DNA of 64,000 bases from Octopus sinensis (GCF_006345805.1 NC_043000.1:33914001-33978000), one strand, 5' to 3'. Positions 1 to 12,949 are shown, counted from the stretch's first letter. Translations and numbers: made by a program. Notes: a model not told the origin generated them from the letters alone.

Positions 1-507
1 ATAATTACCAACACAGGAACATGTATCATACATCAAAATAAAGCTGGTCCTCTGTGGATCACATCCCTACTTCTCAACATAGCCACAGTTTCTCTCAATA
101 GCAATGTTCCAACTTCGAATGAAAGTATGTATCCCTGCCCCGTATAATTTTGTTGACTTTTTCTTTGAGCCACTTCTTCACTATAGTTTTCACTTCCTCG
201 TCACTGGACTATCATCTCTTCGGCCCCATGAAAGAGGGTTTGGGAGGCAAACATTATTCCAGTGACAAGGAAGTGAAAACTGCAGTGAAGAAGTGGCTCA
301 AAGAACCGTCAACAGAAATTTACGGGGCATGGATACGTGCTGTCATTCGAAGGTGGAACATTACCATTGAGAGAAACGGTAACTATGTTGAGAAGTAGGG
401 ATATGATCTATAGAGGACCAGCTTCATTTTGATGTATGATACATGTTCCTGTGTCGGTAATTGTACCTGTCCTAAACAAAATGGCATTACTTTTTGACTC
501 ACTCTCA
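1..507. mobile_element. Mariner-derived foldback/MITE: 3' end of a mariner transposase duplicated in inverted orientation; left end cut by window start
   Basis: ORF 150-398 reads DYHLFGPMKEGLGGKHYSSDKEVKTAVKKWL...RWNITIERNGNYVEK*, a typical mariner C-terminus. 1-209 is the reverse complement of ~257-463. Right end ATGGCATTACTTTTTGACTCACTCTCA|TA is mariner-TIR-like with a TA target. Confidence 0.85.
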
Positions 508-523
508 TATATATATATATATA

Positions 524-716
524 GGCGCAGGAGTGTCTGTGTGGTAAGTGGCTTGCTTACCAGCCACATGGTTCCGGGTTCAGTCCCACTGCGTGACACC
601 TTGGGCTAGTGTCTTCTATTTATAGCCTCGGGCCGACTAAAGCCTTGTGAGTGGATTTGGTAGACGGAAATTGAAAGAAGCCCGTCGTATATATATATAT
701 TTGTGTGTGTGTGTGT

Positions 717-756
<40 letters not shown>

Positions 757-775
757 CGTGCGTGTGTGTATGTGT

Positions 776-807
<32 letters not shown>

Positions 808-983
808 CACCAAAAACGGCGCTTGACAACCGATGCTGGTTCGGCAAAACTTATCGGTTCCGTAAAACAGACTGATAGAATAAGTACTAGGCTTACAAAG
901 AATAAGTCCTGGAATCAATTTGCACGACTAAAGGCGGTGCTCCATCATGGTGGCGGTCAAATGACTGAAACAATAAAAGAATA
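524..983 (+). mobile_element. tRNA-derived SINE, family 1 (internal (TA)n/(TG)n microsatellite)
   Basis: Head GGCGCAGGAGTG.CTGTGTGGTAAG...GGTTCAGTCCC (A/B-box-like), SSR after AAGAAGCCCGTCG, tail AAGGCGGTGCTCCA.CATGG...AAATGACTGAAAC..TAAAAGAAT; the same layout recurs many times in the window. Confidence 0.85.
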
Positions 984-1009
984 TAATGTGTGTGTGTAAT
1001 GTGTGTGTG

Positions 1010-1042
<33 letters not shown>

Positions 1043-1049
1043 TGTGTGA

Positions 1050-1149
1050 NNNNNNNNNNNNNNNNNNNNNNNNNNNNNNNNNNNNNNNNNNNNNNNNNNN
1101 NNNNNNNNNNNNNNNNNNNNNNNNNNNNNNNNNNNNNNNNNNNNNNNNN
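1050..1149. other. Assembly gap (100 N) between (TG)n and (TA)n tracts
   Basis: Run of N. Confidence 0.99.
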
Positions 1150-1197
<48 letters not shown>

Positions 1198-1261
1198 CAT
1201 ATGACATATATATATAGCATATAGCATATATATCTATGCATTATTATTATATATTTATCAT

Positions 1262-1292
<31 letters not shown>

Positions 1293-1342
1293 TCTATATA
1301 ATATAAGATATATATATTAAATATATACACATGTGTGTGGTC

Positions 1343-1402
<60 letters not shown>

Positions 1403-1704
1403 TGCATACATACACACACACAACAGGGATTCTACTTTCCGCGATTTTCCCTCTGTAATAAGCGCGCGCGCGAGTAGACACTCGCATACACACACACATG
1501 CACACTTACATGGACATATACACATGCACATGCACGCGCAAACTGACGCACGCTTCATTATGCAACTGTAGGAATCACTTGGACTAGCGTGGTTGCTCGT
1601 CCGCCTCATCTTCACCATAAACGACCAAGGCCTCCTGAGTTGATTTGGTTGACTGAAACTGAATGAAGCTTCATTCAGTTTCCGACAACCAAATCCACTC
1701 AGGA

Positions 1705-1813
1705 ATAGAAAAAGTCTTTTACGTTTCGAGCCTACGCTCTTCTACAGAAAGGGACACAGAAAAAACAAGGAGAGAAACAAAGAGAGAAAAAAATGTGTAG
1801 TGGCTAACGATCT

Positions 1814-1815
<2 letters not shown>
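1705..1815 (-). mobile_element. Short repeat with hammerhead-like core (same family as 2770-2925)
   Basis: Minus strand CTTT CTGTAGA A GAGC GTAG GCTC GAAAC GTA AAAG; near-identical to 2790-2850. Confidence 0.6.
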
Positions 1816-1853
<38 letters not shown>

Positions 1854-1869
1854 GAAAAATACACATTGT

Positions 1870-2200
1870 GTACAGGACATCACCAACGAGGGAAAATATG
1901 TAAAAACGAGAGAAAAGTACAAGACAAAATACTAAAAGAAGATAAAGCCTCATCAGTCGTCGGACTGTTTATTACTACCTATTTCATGCTTTTAAAGACA
2001 ATATAAGGAAACTTCATAAAACAGCAGCATCCAGAAATTTTGAAAATATAAAATTCATGGAGAGTTAGAGTTTCGAACGATCAAAGACCGACAGAGCGAC
2101 AGAGTGGACGTACAGAGTAAACAATCAACCAAGTGAAACATTAAGGGCTGTTAGGCAAAGACGAATCTTAATGAGTAACGCCTGGAGAGTATTTTATCAA
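1870..2200 (-). repeat. Interspersed repeat (related copies at 15768-15950, 41700-41880 and 47930-48375) with permuted hammerhead-like motif
   Basis: GTACAGGACATCACCAACGAG is shared with 15768 and CAGAGTGGACGTA...AGTAAACAA with ~41850; minus strand carries GAAA...CTGATGA. Confidence 0.55.
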
Positions 2201-2239
2201 AGAAATGGAATAACAGAAGAGAGAAAATAGAATAGAAGA

Positions 2240-2274
<35 letters not shown>

Positions 2275-2342
2275 CATACACACACACACATACATACATA
2301 CATACATACATACATACATACATACATACATACATACATACA

Positions 2343-2388
<46 letters not shown>

Positions 2389-2769
2389 AATCAAAGATAA
2401 GCAACACAACAAACGGAAATCGTCAAAGCATAACAAGCAGGAAAAGGATAATGGCACAACAACAGGACAAAACAAGATACATGGGTCATTCGCAGCCATT
2501 TGCTTCTTCAGTCGGAGTCTGGAATGTCCACGTAGTCTCGCCCAATTCGAAACCAGTTGGGCCAAAGGCTTAAGCTAAAGGTATTAAGCCCCCCTGAGCA
2601 AGGCAAACGAATGTACATATATATAAACACAAGGAAATAACAAACAGAAAGGGTATTTCGACTATAAGAAGGTGTAATAGGCGAGCGTAAGGAAAAAGGA
2701 AATGAAAAAATCTTAACCGACCGGGTGGCGAGACAGAACAGAAGAGATGCGACACACATACACACATTG

Positions 2770-2925
2770 TTTCTCTCCTTGTTTTTTTTCTGTGTCCCTT
2801 TCTGTAGAAGAGCGTTGGCTCGAAACGTAAAAGACTTTTTCTATTCCTGAGCGTTATACTAATACATCTGCTTGTTTTGTACACCACCTTTCTTCGTCTT
2901 TTGTTCTTTTCGTAAACTCTCTCCA
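2770..2925 (+). mobile_element. Short repeat with minimal type I hammerhead-like fold at 2798-2833
   Basis: CTTT CTGTAGA A GAGC GTTG GCTC GAAAC GTA AAAG: stem I CUUU/AAAG, stem II GAGC/GCUC, palindromic stem III ACGU; ends in (TA)n. Confidence 0.6.
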
Positions 2926-2929
2926 TATA

Positions 2930-2979
<50 letters not shown>

Positions 2980-3055
2980 ATACATGTGTGTGTGTGTGTA
3001 TATACATATATATATACATACATACATACATACATACATACATACATACATACAT

Positions 3056-3104
<49 letters not shown>

Positions 3105-4303
3105 ATGTATGTATGTATGTATGTATGTATGTATGTATGTATGTATGTATGACTGTATGATTTACACCTTAATTACTACTACTTCCACGTCTTTCTGACG
3201 CGGAACGGAGTCCCATCAATAAGTTGAATAGATTTCCCAGGGGAAAATGCAGCCTTTGTTATATTTTTGACAAGGCCGGGGGAGGGGGGCAGCTCGTAAA
3301 GGAGAAACATACTCTAGCATAAATCCTGCAGTCAAAATAATAACGAGTCATCTTGCAATGGTTCGTCACTGGAAGAAGAGTGGCAAAAGTGTTGTACAAG
3401 AATTTGTCACTTAAATCCATTGACGCACAGATGTATCGCTCTCATTTCTTAATCCATTTTCTATTCTGTGAAGTCCTACGGGAATGGAGATCTGCGTAGA
3501 TGCAATGATGAAAGTAAATCAGAACAAACAAAATGAGGCAACCGTCATCATATATCTTGACAGAGATAACGGGATAGATCGATGTGTGGGTATTTGTACG
3601 TGTGCGTGTATGTGTGTGTACATGCATACATACAATATATATGTATATATATATATAAATATATATATATGTGTGTGTGTGTGCGTGTGTATCAATCTAT
3701 CTATACATATATACACATACATACCTACATATACATATATATATATATATATTATTGGATAGATCGATAGATGAATAGATATAGATATATGTATGTAACT
3801 ATATTTATAAACACATATATGTATGCATACTTATACAAATGTACATACATTTTATATACCTATATGTAAATACAGATAAACAAATATGAATATACACGTG
3901 TACATATACAATATATATACATACCTACATATATATATTTGTCTATTTAGGTATGTACGCGTGTATGTATGTATGTATGTATGTATGTATGTATAGATGG
4001 ATGGATGGATGGATTTAGGCAGGTAGAGTACAGTATACAGGTAGACAAGAAACGCAAATATGAAAGAATGGAAATGTTAACGAAGCAACTGTAAAAGAAA
4101 AATATAAAAGACGTTGCGCTGGTCAATATTGGAAGCAGAAATCTAATGGCCATAGTTAATCAATAGAGAGGCTGCTAGATGATGAGGTAATCGATAAATC
4201 AATATCAATAAATGAAAGATCTTATAAGAAGGTAAAGTGGTATTGATCTTCGAATTTGCAAGAAGTGAAAGTTATCTTCAAGTTTCAGGTAAATTTGGGT
4301 GCT

Positions 4304-4355
<52 letters not shown>

Positions 4356-4368
4356 CTTTGTCTCTTTA

Positions 4369-4426
<58 letters not shown>

Positions 4427-5097
4427 GCGCACACAAAACTCACACACAAACACATACACACACGCACACATAGACGTTATGCTCAACGGATGCAGTATTA
4501 GTTTGAAATAGCAATGTGCGTATGATACTTAAAACAGATACATCATAGAAAGCCTAATTCTACTGCTCTTAGAGAGTGTATCTCATAGACGTAGAGTGTT
4601 AAAAAGTGTAGATATATATATATCCACAGCAGACGCATATCGTCCAGCAGTGGCAGGTAGCCACTGGCAGCCTTATATACAAAACGAGACAGATAGAAAT
4701 ATAGATAGAGGTATAGAGAGATATAGAAAGACAGGAAGATTAATACATTCATAAATAGGGAGATAGAGAGGTAACTACATAGATATATAGGTAGATAGGT
4801 AGGAAGGAAGATAGCTTGGAAGATAGTAGAATGGTAGGTGGACCCCCCCACACCTAGAGCACACCCTACCCCTACAAACCACACCCAGACACTATCCCAA
4901 CAGACCAATCCTACAAACTACATCCTTAGGCCACACTCTCAGACCAAAATACAGGCAACATGAAAAAAATTATTGTACATGTAAAACAAACATTTGGGGA
5001 TATGAGTGAGAACCGGTTACAACAGTAAACTCCAGCCTCCGTTGTTCTGCACATTGTCTATAATCCCTCCTAATTATCCAGGCACAAATACATTATA

Positions 5098-5195
5098 GTT
5101 CTATATTTTAGAGATGAGGAATTATTTACATTATTTACATTATTTACATTTGACGGGTATTTGCCCTCATCTTGTTTGTTGTTAACACAACGTTT
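5098..5195 (-). repeat. 3' fragment of the tRNA-head/hammerhead element seen at 9116-9713
   Basis: TTCTATATTT.AGAGATGAGGAATTAT.TACATTATTTACATT...CATCTTGTTTGTTGTTAACACAACGTTT matches 9116-9205 and the reverse complement of 9647-9713. Confidence 0.75.
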
Positions 5196-5199
5196 TTAT

Positions 5200-6140
5200 A
5201 TGTGGCAGATGCTCAGGAGCAATAAACACTGAAAATGTGCAGAGAACAACTTCCGCCACATCCCAGGGAGAAAACCTAGAAGCAGTTGATAGCTTCCACC
5301 AAGTCAGTAGTGGGGGTGGGTGCTCTGAATGAGTAGCTGCTAGAATAAGAATAACCTGGGTAAAGTTCAGAGAGCTCTTACCTCTGCTGGTGACAAAAAG
5401 CCTCTCGCTCAGAGTATAAGGTAGACTGTATGACGCATGTGTACGAACAGCCATGCTACATGGCAGTGAAACATGGGCCCTGACTGCTAAGGACATGCGT
5501 AAGCTCGCAAGGAATGAAGCCAGTATGCTCTGCTGGATGTGTAAAATCAGTGTGCATACTCGACAGAGCGTAAGTGAGAGAAAAGTTGAACCTAAGAAGC
5601 ATCAGATGTGGTGTGCAAGAGAGATAACTGCGCTGGTATGGTCATGTGGTGAGAATAGATGAGGATAGCTGTGTAAAAAAGTGCCACACCCTAGCGGTTG
5701 AAGGTACCTGTGGAAGAGGTAGTCCCAGGAAGACCTGGGATGAGGTGGTGAAGCATGACCTTCGAACATTAGGCCTCACCGAGGCAATGACTAGTGACCG
5801 AGACCTTTGGAAATATGCTGTGCTTGACAAGACCCATAACCCGTGGCTTATGCCAGGGGTGTAACCAGCCCACTTATGCGTATCTTTCCTTCATTGGACA
5901 CTAAATTCTGCTTGCGAAGATCTGTTGAGGCAAGTGAAAACAAAATTCGATGATAGCACTGCGTGACTGGCATCCGTGCCAGAGGAGCGCTAAGAGCACC
6001 ATCCGAGCGTGATCTTTGCCAGGGCCGCTGACTGGCTCCCGTGCCGGTGGCACGTGAAACGCACCATTCGAGCGTGATCGCCACCAGCATCGCCTTACAG
6101 GCACTTGTGCCGGTGGCACGTGAAAAACAACATTTTAGTT
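5200..6140 (+). mobile_element. RTE-clade LINE, 5'-truncated ORF2 C-terminus plus 3' UTR, frameshifted
   Basis: Translates WVKFRELLPLL...LYDACVRTAMLHGSETW...RWYGHVVR..EDSCVKKC..LAVEGTCGRGSPRKTWDEVVKHDL, typical of RTE ORF2 ends; UTR has repeated GTGCCGGTGGCACGTGAAA. Confidence 0.85.
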
Positions 6141-6684
6141 CTGTCTTTGTAAAGTGACGAACGGAGTTGATCCAGTTACGGCCCTGTTCATCCGGCAAAA
6201 CAACACCAACGGGTACATCCTGTATCTCGAGTACCTCTGGTACCTATAACAGTATCCACTCTTTCGAGTGCATCCGGGTCAAGTCGCCGGACCCCTTCCT
6301 CCCAAGAGCACTATAAATCGTCATGGCTACTGTCATTCCCTCCTCACCCATCGACACCACCGACACTACCCCAACCCACAACTACTACTATGACCACCAC
6401 ATTGGGTGTAGTAGTTTATGTATGTTTTGTTACTCGTTACAATATTGGACGCGTACAGGAGTAACAACGGGGGAAGGGGGAAATGTCGATGATAATGGTG
6501 ATGGTGGTGGTGGTGGTGATGATGTTGATGTTATGCTGATGATAATGGTGACGATGACGATGATGATGATGATGATGATGATGTTTGCCTTTAATATTGT
6601 ACTGTATCAATAATATTACCGTCAATGTATATAAAAAAAAATCTGTCAAAAGCCAACAGAACTGCAGCAGCAGCAACAGTGATC

Positions 6685-6818
<134 letters not shown>

Positions 6819-7200
6819 GGCTGTTGTTGTGCAGGGCATAAAAGAAGCTGTTTGCTGGAATTGCTTCGTGGTGAGGCTAAAATGTATAACAGGAAGTTAT
6901 ATAAATGGAGCGTCTTTATGAAACGTTTTCCCGGTTTCCTTGCCGTGGTGTGATCTTTGATAAAGTTCCTATGTTAACTACTTTGACTGCTTGGAAAGTT
7001 TTTAGAATTGGAAAATGTCTGTGATTTGGACAATTGCAGGAGTAGAAAACAGTGAGCAAGCTGCAGGAATTTGGCAGTCGCTATATTGCGTTGCCAGGAA
7101 CAATTTACCAATAAAGATGGCACTGATCGATATTATTGTCTACGACTACTTATTATCTTATCTCTTCGCCCCTGGCTTCAATTCTTTTCTGTCCCATAAC

Positions 7201-7251
<51 letters not shown>

Positions 7252-7480
7252 TCTCTCTCCCTCAACCTCTCTCTCTCTCTCTCTCTCTTTCCCTCACTCT
7301 CTCTCTCTCTTTCTCTTTAATATCTTCTCTTTCCAATTACACATGCGTATACGTTTACAATCACACGCAGGAACAGGTAGACACAGAAACACACGCAGCT
7401 GTGCACACACTCATACGTATATAAAAACACACAGACACTATATATACATATGTGAATATATATGTATGTACGTATGTATG

Positions 7481-7528
<48 letters not shown>

Positions 7529-7728
7529 GTGTGTGTGTTGTGTGTGTGTGTGTGTGTGTGTGTGTGAGTATGTATGTATATATAGTAGAATGATAAAAAG
7601 AAAGTTCTTGGTACAGTATTATACACACACACACACATATATATGTACATATATATATATATTATATTATATATATATATATATATATGTTGTGTGTGTG
7701 TGTGTGTGTATATATACATTTATGTATA

Positions 7729-7772
<44 letters not shown>

Positions 7773-8030
7773 TATATAGAGAGAGAGAGAGAGAAAAGAA
7801 CGAGTTAGCGAGGAATCAAGAGAGCGAGAGTGTGAGAGGGGACATGTGGCGATGCATACATGCATTAATACATATATTTATACATAGATTTACATACAAG
7901 TAGAAATAGAAAGGGCAATGCCAGAGAGCGAGGGAAGAGGGCGTCATGTATATAGGTGTGTAGATATGTGTGTATGTGTGTATGTATGCGTGTGTGTATG
8001 TATGGGAGGAGAGAGGCTTGGATGGAGGGA

Positions 8031-8108
8031 CAGATGGTCGTCTGTTTCTGTCTGTATGTGGGTGTATATAAATATGCGTATGAGTGTGTGTGTATAAGTG
8101 CGTGTCTG

Positions 8109-8146
<38 letters not shown>

Positions 8147-8246
8147 GGTGGAATTTACATACACACAGATGGTCGTCTGTTTCTATGTCTGTATGTGAGT
8201 GTATATAAATGTGCGTATGAGTGTGTGTATAAGTACGTGTCTGCAT

Positions 8247-8290
<44 letters not shown>

Positions 8291-8300
8291 GTGGACTTTA
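8031..8300. repeat. Local tandem duplication, two copies of ~135 bp
   Basis: CAGATGGTCGTCTGTTTCT...GTGTCTGCATG(TG)nTAAA.GTGGA starts at 8031 and again at 8166. Confidence 0.8.
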
Positions 8301-9115
8301 TTATTGAAGATTTCTTCGTCTGCAAATAACCTCTGGCCCCGGGGCAGCAAAAACCAGGCAATACAACGTCGATCGAAAGTTTTAGGAAATCTTGTTGGAA
8401 CTCTGCTGATTTGGTTGAAGATTCTTTTCAATGTCAATATGTCAGAATGGCAGTGACCTTTTTAGTTTTCATTGAACCAACTTATACAGATGGCACCGAC
8501 ACACGGATACACACACACACACGCACACACACACACACACACACACACTGTCATTGCCATTTGTTTCATGATGATGATAATGATGATGGTGATGATGATG
8601 ATAATGATGATGATGATGATGATGATCATCATCATCATCATCATCATCATCACCACCATCATTATCATCATCATCATCTTTATCATCACTCAGTTTTTAA
8701 GTCATTCAATTCTATATAAATCCCTACGCATTACCATTGTTATCAATCTTAATTTCTCGAACAAATTCTTCAAACTTCGTCGCCGTTGTCGTCGTCGTCG
8801 TCGTTGTTATCATTATTGCTATGACGACGAGTTGTCAGAATCGTTTACGCGCTGGGCAAAATGCTAAGTTCAAATATCGCCGTGGTCGACACTGGGTCGA
8901 TAAAATGAAATACTCGTTGAGCACAAGGGTCAGAACAATCGACTTACCCCGTCCTTTCAAAGTGCTGACCTTGTGCCAAAATTCAAAGCAGTTACTATCG
9001 TTTCCTTTCTTATTTGCCACAAGGACGCCTTCATGCTTTTACGTATGGGATGAGTTAATATTTGATAAATATATAGAAATGTATTAGAAAATAATTAAAA
9101 CAAGATATAATTAGT

Positions 9116-9298
9116 TCTATATTTAAGAGATGAGGAATTATGTACATTATTTACATTATTTACATTGTTTATATTTGACGGATATTTGTCCTCATCTTGT
9201 TTGTTGTTTCGGCTGATATACACTCCAGCCTTTATCAGGTGTCTTGGGAAAGTTTCGAACATGGGTTCTCATTCCTAAGGTATTTTTCGATGTTGTTG

Positions 9299-9390
<92 letters not shown>

Positions 9391-9505
9391 TTATTCAGGT
9401 CACTGCTGGGAATCGATCTCGGAATCTTGGGGTTAGTAAGCCCACCATCTTAACCGCTACTCCATATGCCTATGGGCATATTCTGAGTTCGATTCCAGGC
9501 AGTGA

Positions 9506-9552
<47 letters not shown>

Positions 9553-9713
9553 TAATAATAATAATAATAATAATAATGATATCGAAAAATACCTTAGGAA
9601 TGAGGACCCAGGTTCGAAATTTCCCCAATACACCTGATGAAGGCCGAAACGTTGTGTTAACAACAAACAAGATGGGGGAAAATATTCGTCAAATGTAAAT
9701 AATGTAAATAATG
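9116..9713. mobile_element. Head-to-head inverted dimer of a tRNA-headed, (TAA)n-containing, hammerhead-bearing element with a 14-bp TSD
   Basis: Minus copy 9116-9470 and plus copy 9474-9713. B-box GTTCGATTCC at 9487. HHR core CTGATGA..GAAACGTT at 9634-9653. Flanking direct repeat AAGATATAATTAGT at 9102-9115 and 9714-9727. Confidence 0.8.
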
Positions 9714-10269
9714 AAGATATAATTAGTATTCTAATCCACTTAAATTGAATCGCCTAAGTGTCTTATCTTTATTCTTGAAAATTGTTCGATCTGGAAATGA
9801 CCAATGATTAGTTTGAGCTTTGCTGAGTGTTTAAGAAGACAAGAAAGGGCTCACATAGCGGCTGTTGCTTAAATACTGCGTTTTGTATTCACAAATCTGC
9901 CATGCGCTCCACATAAGCAGGCCTCGCATCTTCACGTATCTGCACACGTTTTTGCTGGTACATCATTTCACTTGACTATTTGTGGTGCGTTTTCTGTAAG
10001 AAATATTGTGCAATCCAAGTCGAATGCTTTAATCACTTTTCACTTGGGGGTTTTTCTTCGTGAATGAGTTTATCTTTGATGGGTCCTCCGGTAGTTTGCA
10101 TTTTTTGCTCTCCTTTCATCTTGTGCTCATTACAAAACGCTACTGGTTACAATAGTTACTGTATCAGGGAAACGAAGAATGCCTGACCGTTAGCTTTCGA
10201 GACTGAGACGCGACATGACCCACCTTGCACTCGCCGGAACTGTGTCGAATGTGAGATGGGACCTAGTTC

Positions 10270-10408
10270 CACTAGCGTAGCTGGGATGGGGTAGGGCGGT
10301 AGGGGCTGCACTTTTGGATCTGCTGTAGGTAATATATATTTTTTATGGGGTCCGGGGGCGCCAAACGAAGGGCCGCTCCGGGCAGCACACACTCTAGCTA
10401 CGTTAGTG
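10270..10408. mobile_element. Small GC-rich MITE (DNA transposon derivative, possibly hAT)
   Basis: TIRs CACTAGCGTAGCT / AGCTACGTTAGTG; flanks CCTAGTTC and TCTAGTGG may be a decayed 8-bp TSD. Confidence 0.6.
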
Positions 10409-11596
10409 TCTAGTGGTTTTCGTTGCTGTCACTTCTCCTTCACTTCTCTAGAATGTTCAGGGCTAAAATCGCTCAAATGGTTCTTACTACTCCAGCTATA
10501 GCGATCGGGATATTTGCCAGGCACCACTGGATTCATTCCACTGGTTCCTGTTCCTTCAGATCTGACATGTCTTTGTGGTTTATAAAAGTCATTAGACCAT
10601 GTCTTGATTCTGGCCACATAGCTTTTGTCATCGTCTCTCAACTAATCCACTGCCCATTCTGAGATAAAGGTAACGACAAATCAGGATTGAACATCATTAC
10701 CAACTCACTTGACTCTCGTTTTTCTCTTTTGGCACAGATATCGCAATACAAATATAAGTGTCGATACGAGTCTCCCTATTTCTACTTTCTTCTTGTTATA
10801 TTCTAAATACAAAATACCAGACACGCCATAAACATTATTCCATTGATTGCTGTACTTCGCGCCATACGTTGCACAGGGCTCGTTCAGCTTCTATTGCACA
10901 GGGCTTGTTCAGCATTCTTCTCGTTTACCTATGCATAAATGCATAACCTTCCTTGAATATATTCCACAAGCGAGGGAAGACTGCCTGCTATGATACAATT
11001 TGCCCAGCCCGTATCTTTTTCATTGAGTTTACTGATGGTAAGTCTCTCTCTGTCTCGCTGGTAACTCAGTTACAACCTCAATTCTCAGAACTAGTTATCA
11101 CGTGGTACTGTGTCTGTGTTTACCAATGTCGTTATTGTCGTTGTCGAGAAAAAAAATTCCCTAACATTGTTTATTGTAACAGCGTTATTAATGGATTTGT
11201 CATTAATTCTGTTTTGGCAAAGTGTGTGTCGTGCTAGACAAAAATTTCAAGTTTATGTTTTGTTTATTCTGCATGTGATAAGCTCCATTTTGTTATTATT
11301 TCCTTTCGTATGGAGCAACTGTGAATATTAGTAACCATTTTCACCGTACGTCAGCAAAATAAAGACAAAAAAATATTGTTTGTCTCAGCATAAACCTTCT
11401 TTTCCTTATGTATGAAAAGACCTCACAAAAAGCTCTTAAAAGTTCTCGGCAAACAACAAACTTTTAAAAGACACTGTTCCATGCAATTATATTTGGTAGG
11501 ATCCAGCATTTTGAATAGCGGCACGAAGGCACATGGCACGAAGGCTCACGGCACTAAGTCAACAACGAACAACGGCAATAGCAGTTACAATTATAA

Positions 11597-11796
11597 TTCT
11601 TTCTACTAGGGGCTCAAGGCTTGAAATTTTTCGCTGAGATCGCTAGTCGATTACATCGACCCCAGTGTTTAACTGGTACTTATTTTATCGTTCCAAAAGA
11701 GGATGAAAAGCAAAGTCAACCTTAGCGGTGTTTGAACTCAAAGTCCTGCTGAGCATTTTGTTCGATGCACAAACGATTTTGCCAGCTTGCCACCTT
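11597..11796 (-). mobile_element. tRNA-derived SINE, family 2
   Basis: Matches the family consensus AAGGCGGCGAGCTGGCAGAATCGTTAGC...GAGTTCAAATTCCGCCGAGGTCGACTTTGCCTTTCATCCTTTCGGGGTCGATAAA.TAAGTACCAG. Confidence 0.75.
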
Positions 11797-11817
11797 AACA
11801 ACAACAACGATGACGCC

Positions 11818-11853
<36 letters not shown>

Positions 11854-12417
11854 CCTTTCTACTATGTTTTCTTGTCTATATTTACGAGTCCTAACATACA
11901 TGTACACACATACACACATGCACTACACACACACACACACACACCACACACACACACACAACACACACACACACACACACACACACATGTTCTTATCATT
12001 CCCGAGATACCAATTATTTTAAGTATTATCTCTTGTTTTCAAATAGCACAAACTGGTTATCTCTATTTCTAGATTTTTACATTTGAATAATATCGCATTT
12101 CTTTTAGAGATATGTTATCGCTTGTCGGAAGTAATTCATCGATGAAGAAGCCCTTCTTTTTTCTTTGACCCTACAGCCCGCGTATACTAACATAGCCCCG
12201 AATATGGTGGTTTTGTTATTCTCCAAGCTCTTTTCTAGTATGCTTACAGCATTTTATTTCTATTGGTCCCTCATAATGTTAGCATGCCATATACTGAATG
12301 AAAGCCCTTAATTCTGTCATGCATGCTTGGAGATATATTCTTTTGGCAGCCAAAGAAATCGTATCACATATCACATATTCTACATTAATTTAAATAATAA
12401 TAGTAATAATAATAATA

Positions 12418-12580
12418 GTTTCAAATTTTGCCACAAGGGCAGTCATTTTGCGGGAGGAGACTAGACGTTTACATTGACCCCAGCGTTTCACTGGTATTTA
12501 ATTTATCGACCCCGAAAGGATAAAAGGCAAAGTCGACCTTGGCGGAATTTGAACTCAGAACGCAGCGACGAGCTAAATGC
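12418..12580 (-). mobile_element. SINE family 2 (5'-truncated)
   Basis: CGACCCCGAAAGGATAAAAGGCAAAGTCGACCTTGGCGGAATTTGAACTCAGAACG core. Confidence 0.8.
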
Positions 12581-12604
12581 AACAACAACAACAACAACAA
12601 CAAC

Positions 12605-12668
<64 letters not shown>

Positions 12669-12671
12669 ACT

Positions 12672-12708
<37 letters not shown>

Positions 12709-12751
12709 TAGTAGTAGTAACTGCAGCAGCAGTAGCAGTAGTAGCAGCAGC

Positions 12752-12785
<34 letters not shown>

Positions 12786-12949
12786 ATTTTCGGTGGTCGT
12801 TTATGCATCGAGCACTGCGAATATTTTCTTGTCTATATTTACGAGTCCTGGCATACATGTACACACATACACATACACTCACACACACATAAGGACCAAC
12901 TCTACTGTTGCACGTAAAAAAAAATTTCTCTTAAGGTTGTCTGACAGGG

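Noticed and set aside
9800-11000. Decayed transposase flanking the small MITE
   Set aside because: Coding-like composition, but no diagnostic motif could be read in the frames examined
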